Assembly (NCBI GenBank): GCA_944392815.1
Contig: CALXXY010000003.1
Coordinates: forward strand, 1-64,000
Source of the DNA: an uncultured Alphaproteobacteria bacterium
GTDB lineage: Bacteria > Pseudomonadota > Alphaproteobacteria > Rs-D84
Length of the DNA: 64,000 nucleotides
Direction: 5' to 3'
Of the stretch, positions 19,271-28,402 are shown in pieces (position 1 is the stretch's first letter; every line of letters begins with the position of its first letter). The translations under genes were made by a program, and so were the position numbers. The notes under the pieces are model-generated. The model was not told where the DNA came from. It did no database searches and was given only the letters and a program-made list of their open reading frames with translations.

Positions 19271-21013
19271 ATGTTATTTGGCAAAAAAGCAGGAATTAAA
19301 AACAGAAATCGCGAACGCTATGAACGCATTCGCCGCCTGATGTGGATTAAATGTGAATCATGCGGGCGTTTGGTATATTACAAAGATTACAAAGACAACC
19401 ATTACATTTGCCCACGTTGTGGTCGTGCATTTATCATGACACCAAAACAGCGTTTTGATTTGCTGTTCGACAATAACGAATGGCAACGCGTGGAATTACC
19501 AATCGTATCGGACGACCCGCTGAATTTCGTTGACCGCAAACCATACAAAGACCGCCTGGCCGAGGCCCGCGCCGACACCGGCTATAACGACGCCATCACC
19601 ACGGCCGACGGCGTAATTGGCGGTATTCCGTCAACAATCTGTGTATTAAACGGCGATTTTATGTTGGGTTCCATGGGCCGTGCGGCTGGCGATGGTATTG
19701 TGGCCAGCATAGAACACGCCATTGAACAAAAACGTCCATTTATCATGGTGACGTGCAGCGGCGGCGCCCGTATGCAGGAAAACATTTTGTCACTAATGCA
19801 AATGGCACGCACTGTTGTGGCGGTCAATAAATTACACGCCAGTGGCACACCTTATATCGTATTACTAACAGACCCAACATTTGGCGGTGTGACGGCTTCG
19901 TTTGCAATGTTGGGCGACATACACATTGCCGAACGTGGCGCCCGAATTGGATTTGCAGGCCGCCGTGTAATCGAACAAAACATTCGTGAAAAATTGCCGT
20001 CCAATTTCCAAACAGCGGAATATTTATACGACCACGGCATGGTCGACATGGTTGTGCCACGTGCCGAATTAAAAGAAAAACTGGAAAAAATCCTGGCGGT
20101 GTTAACCAAACGCCCGCACACACCACGCGCGATAAATGTCGCCACACCAACGACTGACAATAAAAAAGTTCGCGGCATGGGCGAAAATGATGCATATGAC
20201 AAAGTGCTGTTGGCGCGTAATGAAAACCGCCCGCATTTTCTGGATTACATTAACGGCATAGTTGATGATTGGACATATTTGGCCGGCGACCGCCTGTTTG
20301 GCGAAGACCCCGCCATGTGTGGCGGTATTGGTTATTGGCGCGACATTCCGGCCGTCATAATCGGCCAGGAAAAGGGTCGCACAATTGAAACCCGCCAATT
20401 TCATCGTTTCGGCATGCCCAACCCCGAGGGCTATCGCAAAGCCCAACGTCTGATGCGATTGGCTGAAAAATTCAAATTACCGTTGATATCGTTGTTTGAT
20501 ACCGCGGGCGCATTCGCCGGCAGTGCCGCCGAAGAACGCGGTCAATCCCAGGCAATCGCCGAATCTATCGCAACGGGATTGTCCATAAAAACGCCATACG
20601 TCGCGGTTAATGTAGGCGAGGGCGGCAGTGGCGGTGCCATCGCCATCGGCACAGGCGACCGCGTATTAATGCTGGAAAACACGATTTATTCGGTGATTGC
20701 ACCGGAATCCTGCGCCAGTATTTTATGGAAAGATAACAAATACAAGGCCACAGCCGCCGCCGCAATGAAATTGACTGCGCGCGACATGGCCGATTTGAAT
20801 GTTATCGATAAAATAGTGGACGAACCGTCCGGCGGCGCACACACAGATTGGCAAACAACCATGGAAATGTTGGCCACATCTGTGTCTGAACAAATCAGGG
20901 AATTACAGAAAATCCCAACCGACACATTGCCGGCACGCCGTGGCGAAAAATTTTTGGCCATGACGCGTGACGTGGAATTCTGTGCACCGGCACATGACGC
21001 CGACGATAAATAA
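19271..21013 (+). CDS. accDA: Fused acetyl-CoA carboxylase carboxyltransferase beta-alpha (AccD-AccA)
   Basis: WIKCESC...CPRC zinc finger, SGGARMQE, PTFGGVTASFA (AccD), then FGMPNPEGYRKA, GEGGSGGA, YSVIAPESCASILW (AccA) in one frame. Confidence 0.93.
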   Translation: MLFGKKAGIKNRNRERYERIRRLMWIKCESCGRLVYYKDYKDNHYICPRCGRAFIMTPKQRFDLLFDNNEWQRVELPIVSDDPLNFVDRKPYKDRLAEARADTGYNDAITTADGVIGGIPSTICVLNGDFMLGSMGRAAGDGIVASIEHAIEQKRPFIMVTCSGGARMQENILSLMQMARTVVAVNKLHASGTPYIVLLTDPTFGGVTASFAMLGDIHIAERGARIGFAGRRVIEQNIREKLPSNFQTAEYLYDHGMVDMVVPRAELKEKLEKILAVLTKRPHTPRAINVATPTTDNKKVRGMGENDAYDKVLLARNENRPHFLDYINGIVDDWTYLAGDRLFGEDPAMCGGIGYWRDIPAVIIGQEKGRTIETRQFHRFGMPNPEGYRKAQRLMRLAEKFKLPLISLFDTAGAFAGSAAEERGQSQAIAESIATGLSIKTPYVAVNVGEGGSGGAIAIGTGDRVLMLENTIYSVIAPESCASILWKDNKYKATAAAAMKLTARDMADLNVIDKIVDEPSGGAHTDWQTTMEMLATSVSEQIRELQKIPTDTLPARRGEKFLAMTRDVEFCAPAHDADDK

Positions 21014-21039
21014 AAAACGGGGCAACGCCCCGTTTTTTT
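21012..21039 (+). terminator. Intrinsic terminator
   Basis: AAAAAACGGGGC-AAC-GCCCCGTTTTTTT. Confidence 0.85.
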
Positions 21040-21116
21040 CTGCGGTGTGCGAATAAAACAAATTTCGCCCTTGCATTTAATTTTTCATTTCTGTATAATA
21101 CCCCACGCAACCACGC

Positions 21117-21205
21117 GGAGCGTTGGCAGAGTGGTAATGCAGCAGATTGCTAATCTGTGACCGTGTTTTAGCGGTCCATAGGTTCGAGTCCTATACGCTC
21201 CGCCA
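21117..21205 (+). tRNA. tRNA-Ser(GCT)
   Basis: GGAGCGTTGGCAGAGTGGTAATGC...GCAGA-TTGCTAA-TCTGT, long variable arm, GTTCGAGTCC, TCCGCCA; TTGCAT...TATAAT promoter. Confidence 0.96.
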
Positions 21206-21344
21206 GAAATTTTTTAAATGACTATTCGTATTATTAATTTTTACTGTTGTTGTCGATAAATTCGCCGTACTGCGAACATTTTTGTTTGCAATTATTCACC
21301 CATTTCAATAACATTCTTTTATATTCAGCAAAGGAACACGCATA

Positions 21345-22772
21345 ATGACAATCAGATTATTTAACACCATGACCCGCAAAATCGAAGAATTCAAACCATT
21401 AACCCCCGGCAAAATGGGATTTTATTCGTGCGGCCCGACTGTTTATCACTATGCGCACATCGGCAACCTGCGCACAATGATTCATAATGACATTTTAAAA
21501 CGCATGTTTGTTGAAAACGGCTATGCCGTGCACCACGTCATGAACATCACAGACGTTGGCCATCTGACCAGCGACGACGCCGACAGTGGCGATGACAAAA
21601 TGGAACGTGGCGCGGCACGCGACCATAAATCCGTCTGGGAAATAGCAAAATTTTACACAGACGAATTTCTGCGCGATTTTGACGATTTGAACAACATTCG
21701 TCCAACCGACATGCCGCGCGCCACTGATTACATTGCTGAACAAATCGATTTGGTTAAAAAATTACAGGATTTGGGCTATACATACGAAATTCCGGGTGAC
21801 GGCATTTATTACGACACCAGCAAATTCGCCGCATACGGTGCATTAACCGGCGGTTCAGTTGCGGGCAATCGCGCGGGTGCACGTGTTGAATATAACAACG
21901 AAAAACACAACCCAACTGATTTCGCATTATGGAAATTTTCCCCAACCGACCAAAAACGTCAAATGGAATGGGACAGCCCCTGGGGCATCGGGTTCCCCGG
22001 CTGGCACGCAGAATGCAGCGCGATGAGCATGAAATTATTGGGCAACCATTTTGACATTCATACCGGCGGCGAAGATTTATCCCGCATTCATCACACCAAC
22101 GAAATCGCCCAAAGTGAACCTATTACCGGCGCCCCGTGGGTCAGTTATTGGGTGCATTTCAGTTTTCTGGTTGATAAATCCGGCGAAAAAATGAGTAAAT
22201 CAAACGGCGAATTCCTGGGGCTGGACGTCATTCGCAAACGCGGATATGACACAATGGTATACCGCTATTTGATTTTGCTGGGGCACTATCAAACGCAACT
22301 GGCATTTTCATGGGACGCCATGGACGCGGCCGCGAACGGATATAAAAACATTGTTCGGCGCGTGGCTGAAATTCTGGCGGACACAGACCCGGGCGCACTG
22401 GTTGAATCCACATTCAACGAATGGCACGACCGCATTTTGAATCCCGTATCAGACAACATGAAAACAGCGGAATCATTGGTCCAGGTCCAAGAATTACTGC
22501 GTGACAAATCAATAAACGCATCGACCAAAATCGCACTGTTTGAATTTATCGACCGCCTGTTGGGATTACAATTCATCGACCGCGCGAAAAAATTAAACGA
22601 CACAGAATCCGAAACCGCCCCGGCGGAAATCATCGCAATGGCCGACGCCCGCGCCGCCGCCAAATCCGCACGTGATTGGGCACGCGCAGACGAATTGCGT
22701 GCACAAATCGACGCGGCCGGCTGGACTGTGATTGACACCCGCGACGGCACAAAAATTGTGAAAAAAGTGTAA
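21345..22772 (+). CDS. cysS: Cysteinyl-tRNA synthetase
   Basis: CGPTVY, HIGN, NITDV, DFALWK, GFPGWHAECSAM, KMSKS. Confidence 0.97.
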   Translation: MTIRLFNTMTRKIEEFKPLTPGKMGFYSCGPTVYHYAHIGNLRTMIHNDILKRMFVENGYAVHHVMNITDVGHLTSDDADSGDDKMERGAARDHKSVWEIAKFYTDEFLRDFDDLNNIRPTDMPRATDYIAEQIDLVKKLQDLGYTYEIPGDGIYYDTSKFAAYGALTGGSVAGNRAGARVEYNNEKHNPTDFALWKFSPTDQKRQMEWDSPWGIGFPGWHAECSAMSMKLLGNHFDIHTGGEDLSRIHHTNEIAQSEPITGAPWVSYWVHFSFLVDKSGEKMSKSNGEFLGLDVIRKRGYDTMVYRYLILLGHYQTQLAFSWDAMDAAANGYKNIVRRVAEILADTDPGALVESTFNEWHDRILNPVSDNMKTAESLVQVQELLRDKSINASTKIALFEFIDRLLGLQFIDRAKKLNDTESETAPAEIIAMADARAAAKSARDWARADELRAQIDAAGWTVIDTRDGTKIVKKV

Positions 22773-22895
22773 ATTTTCACAATTTTGCCAATTTACGCCA
22801 AAAAATTCATTTTATGGCGTAATTTTGTGCAAAAAGGGCTTGAATTCAGGGGCATTTTGGTATATATTACCCCCAGCAAACAAGAGGAACGTTCT

Positions 22896-23426
22896 ATGAA
22901 TTACCCATATATGCCAAAATCCACCGCGTTGTGGTTGATTGAAAACACGTCATTGACGTTTGAACAAATCGCTGATTTCTGCGGCCTGCATGAACTGGAG
23001 GTTAAAAGTATCGCTGATGCCGAAACGACCAAGGTCCAGGGATTGAATCCGATTTTAAACGGTCAATTAACACGCGAAGACATCGAACGTTGCGAATCCG
23101 ATCCGTCGGCACGCCTGCAACTGCGCCAGGAAATTATCAACGCGCAACAGGCCCAAAACAAACGTGGTGTTGGCTATACACCAAAATTGCACCGTCAAAA
23201 TCGTTTGGGTGGCATATTATGGATTTTGAAAAACTATCCTGAATTATCAGACGGCCAGGTCGCACGCCTGATGCGCAGCACAAATCCGACTGTGGCGTCT
23301 GTACGCAACAAAACACACAAATCGTATTCCATTATTCAAATTCAAAGTCCGATTGTGTTGGGGCTGGTGTCCGAATCCGCGCTGCATGACGCGGTTGCCA
23401 AGGCCAGAAAACAATCCAACAAATAA
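22896..23426 (+). CDS. trcR: DUF1013 family transcriptional regulator (TrcR)
   Basis: PYMPKSTALWLIENTSLTFEQIADFCGLHELEV, GQLTREDIERCE, YTP, PELSDGQV. Confidence 0.88.
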   Translation: MNYPYMPKSTALWLIENTSLTFEQIADFCGLHELEVKSIADAETTKVQGLNPILNGQLTREDIERCESDPSARLQLRQEIINAQQAQNKRGVGYTPKLHRQNRLGGILWILKNYPELSDGQVARLMRSTNPTVASVRNKTHKSYSIIQIQSPIVLGLVSESALHDAVAKARKQSNK

Positions 23427-23462
23427 TAAACACATTTGACACAGGCGAAGAAGGGCGCGTTC

Positions 23463-25550
23463 ATGGCAAAAAAATTGGACCAAGCAACCAAATTACTGAT
23501 TGATTCATTACCGGAAAATCTGCAAAAATTGGCCACAACCGCGGTCGAGATTGGCTATTTATCCAAAATGGATTTTGATGCCGCCACCGAAGCGGACGAA
23601 GTCCCATCGGACGAACAGGACGAAGTTCTGGATTTTTTTCAACAGGATTTAGGCCTGGAAATTTTGGAAACAGATAATTTTGCCCAAAATATTAACAAAT
23701 ACTATGACGACGATTCCGACGAACAGCAATTGGACAAAACCCGCAATCTGTTAAATGCGGACGCCGAACAGGTCGACGTCAACGATGACGATTACGAACA
23801 CTATGCCAAACAATTGGAACGCAGCCAAACGGGCAATCTGGTTCTGGGGGTCCAGGATTCAGTTCAATCATATTTGAAACAAATCGGCACAGTGCAATTA
23901 TTAACCGCCGCAGGCGAGGTTGCCATCGCCCAACGTATCGAGGCCGCGTCCCGCCTGATGGTATACGGTCTGTGCGAAAGCCCGATGACTATCCAGGCCA
24001 TGTTGGATTGGTATCAACAATTATTAAATGACGACATTCGTCTGCGCTATATCGTAAATTTGGAAGTAATGTATTCCAGCGACGCGGAACAAAAATCTTT
24101 GGCCGCGATTTCTGAAACATTAAAATCCAAGGGCGTCGAACACGTCGACGAATTGGACGATGACGACCTGGACGATCTGGAAGAATCCACCATGTCCGAC
24201 GATGACGACGACGAAGAAGATGACGACGATGAAGAAGATGGTATCAAAAAAGAAGATACCCCGCGTGGTACATCTGGCGTTCCAATCCCAGTAATGGAAG
24301 AAGCGTTAATGCCGATGATGATGGAATTATTCGGCAAAATTAAGCGAATATTCAACAACATGCAAAAATTACAGGCCAAACGTCTGGAAAATCTGGAAAC
24401 ATCGTCAAAACCAGACGACGCACTGGAAAAGAAATATAACAAAATGCGCCTGGAATTGTTTGAACACGTCAGCAAAATCCGCCTGAACGACGATCGTATC
24501 GCTGAAATTTTGGAACAATTAACCAAACGCGACCAGTTGTTAATGGGGCTCGAGGGTAAATTACTGCGCCTGGCCATGGCCAACAAAATCAAGCGCGAAG
24601 ATTTCCTGGCCGAATACACCGGCAACGAAATCAATCGCAATTGGGTCAAAAAATTAATGCGCAGCAAAAACCCAACCTGGGCAAATTTTGCAAAAAAACA
24701 TGAAAAAGATATTCTGAAAATCCAACAGGATATCACCGCCATTGCAATCGAAACAGGCCAGCCAACCGCCGAATATAAAAAGGTCGTCGAATTGGTTCGT
24801 CGTGGCCAGGCCGAAGCCGCCCGTGCAAAACGCGAAATGATCGAGGCCAACCTGCGTCTGGTTATCAAATTCGCAAAAAAATCCAGCAACCGCGGATTGG
24901 GACTGGACTTTTCCGATTTGGTCCAGGACGGCAATATTGGTCTGATGAAGGCCGTTGATAAATTCGATTATCGTCTGGGCAATAAATTTTCAACATACGC
25001 CACCAACTGGATTCAACAGGGCATTTCCCGCAGCATAGCGGACCAGGCCCGCACAATCCGCATTCCTGTGCATATGATTGATAATATCCACAAAATCCAG
25101 CGCGCCACACGCCAATTCATGCACAAATATGGCCGCCAGCCCACACCCGAAGAATTATCAAAAATCATCTATCTGCCGGTGGACAAAATCCACAAAGCAT
25201 TAAAAGTTAACCTGAAACCAATATCACTCGAGGCCCCCGTCGGAACCGAGGACGACAGCAGCCGCATTGAAATCATCGCGGACGAAACGGCCAAAAATCC
25301 GTTTGTGTCGGCCGCCCAGAAAAACCTGCGCAAAATCGTCACGCAGATTCTGTCGGAACTGGACCCCAAGGAAGAAACTGTTCTGCGTCAGCGTTTCGGT
25401 ATGAGCACCAACAAAACCAGCACCCTGGAAGAGGTTGGCGAATACATCGGCGTCACCCGTGAACGCATTCGCCAAATTGAACAAAAGGCGTTGCAGAAAC
25501 TGAAACACCCGACACGCGCACGCAAACTGCGCAGCTTTCTGGAAGATTAA
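23463..25550 (+). CDS. rpoD: RNA polymerase primary sigma factor (sigma70)
   Basis: Region 1.2, long acidic non-conserved region, EANLRLV, GLMKAVDKF, QARTIRIPVHM, TLEEVG, TRERIRQIE. Confidence 0.96.
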   Translation: MAKKLDQATKLLIDSLPENLQKLATTAVEIGYLSKMDFDAATEADEVPSDEQDEVLDFFQQDLGLEILETDNFAQNINKYYDDDSDEQQLDKTRNLLNADAEQVDVNDDDYEHYAKQLERSQTGNLVLGVQDSVQSYLKQIGTVQLLTAAGEVAIAQRIEAASRLMVYGLCESPMTIQAMLDWYQQLLNDDIRLRYIVNLEVMYSSDAEQKSLAAISETLKSKGVEHVDELDDDDLDDLEESTMSDDDDDEEDDDDEEDGIKKEDTPRGTSGVPIPVMEEALMPMMMELFGKIKRIFNNMQKLQAKRLENLETSSKPDDALEKKYNKMRLELFEHVSKIRLNDDRIAEILEQLTKRDQLLMGLEGKLLRLAMANKIKREDFLAEYTGNEINRNWVKKLMRSKNPTWANFAKKHEKDILKIQQDITAIAIETGQPTAEYKKVVELVRRGQAEAARAKREMIEANLRLVIKFAKKSSNRGLGLDFSDLVQDGNIGLMKAVDKFDYRLGNKFSTYATNWIQQGISRSIADQARTIRIPVHMIDNIHKIQRATRQFMHKYGRQPTPEELSKIIYLPVDKIHKALKVNLKPISLEAPVGTEDDSSRIEIIADETAKNPFVSAAQKNLRKIVTQILSELDPKEETVLRQRFGMSTNKTSTLEEVGEYIGVTRERIRQIEQKALQKLKHPTRARKLRSFLED

Positions 25551-25605
25551 CAACCACAAATCCCGCCACCTTTGCGGGATTTTATTTTAACCAAATGGAC
25601 ACAAA

Positions 25606-26301
25606 ATGAACAATGGACATATGATAGCAATCGAAGGCACCGACAAAGCAGGCAAACACACCCAGGTTATGAAAATTCTGGAATATCTGCGCGCGCATGG
25701 CATCGCGGCCGAAACACTGGATTTTCCGCAATACAATGCGTTTTTTGGCCGCATGGTGCGTGATTATCTGAACGGCAAATTCGGCGCCACGCGTGATTTA
25801 CCGGCCGAATACACTATGTTGCCATACGCCCTGGACCGGTTGCAGCACCAGCCCAAAATCGCCACATGGTTGCGCGACGGCAAATGGGTAATTTTGGACA
25901 GATACACATACAGCAATTCTTTTTCTGTTGCGAAATACCCACGCGAACAATGGCCAGACAAAATAAAATTTATGGAAGATTTAGAATTCAACCAACTGGG
26001 CATAATCAAACCCGATTACAATATATATTTATACCTGGATCCGCGCATATCATACAACATGCGCCACACAGGATTAAAACAATATCAAAACGGCCGCCCA
26101 GACATTCACGAAAGCGATTTTAAATTGCTGTACGATGTATCAAACGTATACAAACAAATCGCGACATCAAACCCAACAACATGGACAGTTGTGGACGAAA
26201 TGCGTCCCGACGGCACCCGCATGGGCATTGACGAAGTATTTTCGCACCTGACCCCGGTGATTGATAAATTAATCACCACCCACAACACAAAAATACGTTG
26301 A
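25606..26301 (+). CDS. tmk: Thymidylate kinase family protein
   Basis: IAIEGTDKAGKHTQ P-loop, YALDR, ILDRY, KPD, DIHE. Confidence 0.85.
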   Translation: MNNGHMIAIEGTDKAGKHTQVMKILEYLRAHGIAAETLDFPQYNAFFGRMVRDYLNGKFGATRDLPAEYTMLPYALDRLQHQPKIATWLRDGKWVILDRYTYSNSFSVAKYPREQWPDKIKFMEDLEFNQLGIIKPDYNIYLYLDPRISYNMRHTGLKQYQNGRPDIHESDFKLLYDVSNVYKQIATSNPTTWTVVDEMRPDGTRMGIDEVFSHLTPVIDKLITTHNTKIR

Positions 26302-26305
26302 TTAT

Positions 26306-26330
26306 AAAAACGCCCCGATGGGGCGTTTTT
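26306..26330. terminator. Bidirectional intrinsic terminator
   Basis: AAAAACGCCCC-GAT-GGGGCGTTTTT between convergent genes. Confidence 0.85.
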
Positions 26331-26332
26331 GA

Positions 26333-28261
26333 TTACACATGTCCCTTTAATGCGATGTAAATTTGCCCCAAATCTGTTTTGGCCAACGTCCCGGCCAATT
26401 TATCTGTACCATCGGCCGCACGCGCCGCATTCAGCACTTTATCAAAACTGCGCACAAATTGCGTTGCCTGTGACCGGAACACCGAATCAGATTTCAACAT
26501 TTCGCGCACCTGCTTTTTATCCGCCGCAGACATTATTTTCGCAAACCATTTGGAAAATATTGTTTTATCCCCCGCATGATATTTTTTCCACACCACGTCC
26601 GGAATTTCCACGCCCGCCGCCCGGGTTAAATCCAACGTCTGCTCATGCAGTTTTTCCAACATTTTATCACTTTGTTTCAGAAAATCGGACGCACTGACCC
26701 GCCCATATGTCGCGGCCGACGGCGTGGCACTTATCGCGTCCATCGGCGCAGTGGCGCGTGCAACCATCATTTGTTTATTCAACGTCTGCATGGTATTAAC
26801 GGCCTTGGTATAATCAGACATCAAATCAATCATTTGTTGACGTGAAGTGCCGGCCAAATCCTCCAGTTTCACGGCAGATTCAGCAATAGTTTCAGTGGAT
26901 TCCGTCACCGTCTGTTTCATCAGCGCAATTTTTTCATTCAGATTTTCAACAATTTTCTGCAAATTATCGCCAGTATTCACAGAATCACGCGCCAAATCGG
27001 GCAGGGCCGAATAATATTTTTCAATCAATTCAGACAGCGGCTGCAATTGCGCCGTGGTTTCGGCCGACATTTTTATCAAATTTTCCGACTGTCCCGACAA
27101 CTGTGTATGCGCCGTATTCATTTCCATCAATGTTTCGCGCACCCCGGTTGCCATTGCGCGCACAGATTCCGAAAACGCGCCCGCCGCGGTTTTTGTATTT
27201 TCCAGCGTGGAATTCGCCACCCCAGACACAGTTTTCAATTCGCCAACAATATCATTTGTGAAACCGGTAATATCTTTGTTGAAATGATTGCACAGTTCGG
27301 TCAATTCCTTGGACACATTACGCACAGACGATTCCGTCGTGGTGGCGGACGCCATCAGGCCCTCGACCGCGTCAGTCAATTTGCGCACCTGGGATTCGAT
27401 GGACGTTTCGGACAAACGCACCTGGCCGGCGACAACATTCGCGGTATTTGTTAAATTATTCACCTGGCTGGTCAATTGTTTTTTTGCCTGTTTCCCAAAC
27501 GTATCCAATTTGTTCAGATGCCCGTCCAGGGCTTTGTTATTATTTTCCATAATTTCGGCATAATCAGCCGCCGCAGTTTTCACATTTTCAAACCCCGCCG
27601 CGGTATTTTGTGTTAACTCGCCCAATTTTTGCTGCATGGCATCATATTCAGCATTTAAATTTTTCATCTGTTCGGTATTGGATTCGAATTCAGATTTCAA
27701 ATTATCAGACAATTCCGCACCCGACGAAATCCAGTTATCTATATTCGATTGAATTTGTGCAACGTGCGTTGCAACATCTTGATTTGTCATATCAATTTGC
27801 GACAATAATTCATTGACTGTGGCGCGGAATTTTTCAGTTGACAATTCCACATCATGCCACCCATTTGAATCCACAACACCACGTAAATCTGACACAGTAT
27901 TTTCCAACCGCTGGGACATAACCGCTATTTTTTTTGTCGCATCATCAGTCGACGCAACCAGCAGACCATTTTGTGTATCCAAATCATTTTTTAATTCAGT
28001 GGCGGCCGCAATTTGCGCCCCCAGCGCGTCACGAATTTTTTGGAAATTCGATTCCATTTTAATCATTTCATCAGCCAGGATATTATTCAACACCCGCACA
28101 GCGTCCTGAACCCGGGCACGTTCCGGTTGGGTCATAATTTTTAACAGTGAATTCATAACCTTTTGTGATTTTCGCGACACAAAAAACAACACAACCAGCG
28201 CGCACAGCAACAATCCGCCCAAAATTGCGCCACCAATCAAATACATTTGCACAAATTCCAT
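26333..28261 (-). CDS. Membrane-anchored long coiled-coil protein, TipN/polar-landmark-like
   Basis: N-terminal TM, about 480-aa heptad region, C-terminal WKKYHAGDKTIF...FRSQATQFVRSFD...TDLGQIYIAL resembling TipN-type tails. Confidence 0.65.
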   Translation of the reverse strand: MEFVQMYLIGGAILGGLLLCALVVLFFVSRKSQKVMNSLLKIMTQPERARVQDAVRVLNNILADEMIKMESNFQKIRDALGAQIAAATELKNDLDTQNGLLVASTDDATKKIAVMSQRLENTVSDLRGVVDSNGWHDVELSTEKFRATVNELLSQIDMTNQDVATHVAQIQSNIDNWISSGAELSDNLKSEFESNTEQMKNLNAEYDAMQQKLGELTQNTAAGFENVKTAAADYAEIMENNNKALDGHLNKLDTFGKQAKKQLTSQVNNLTNTANVVAGQVRLSETSIESQVRKLTDAVEGLMASATTTESSVRNVSKELTELCNHFNKDITGFTNDIVGELKTVSGVANSTLENTKTAAGAFSESVRAMATGVRETLMEMNTAHTQLSGQSENLIKMSAETTAQLQPLSELIEKYYSALPDLARDSVNTGDNLQKIVENLNEKIALMKQTVTESTETIAESAVKLEDLAGTSRQQMIDLMSDYTKAVNTMQTLNKQMMVARATAPMDAISATPSAATYGRVSASDFLKQSDKMLEKLHEQTLDLTRAAGVEIPDVVWKKYHAGDKTIFSKWFAKIMSAADKKQVREMLKSDSVFRSQATQFVRSFDKVLNAARAADGTDKLAGTLAKTDLGQIYIALKGHV

Positions 28262-28402
28262 CAATCCCCCCATTGGTTAACTTTGACAATTATCACACAC
28301 AGCGCCCCAAATCACAATCATAAAACGCCGCGCCAAACCATATATATACCTTGCAGTTCTATGAAATATATACTAGAATCCCAAAAATAAAGCAAGGGCA
28401 TA

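Noticed and set aside
24140-24245. GAC/GAT/GAA low-complexity repeat
   Set aside because: Encodes the ordinary acidic non-conserved region of RpoD
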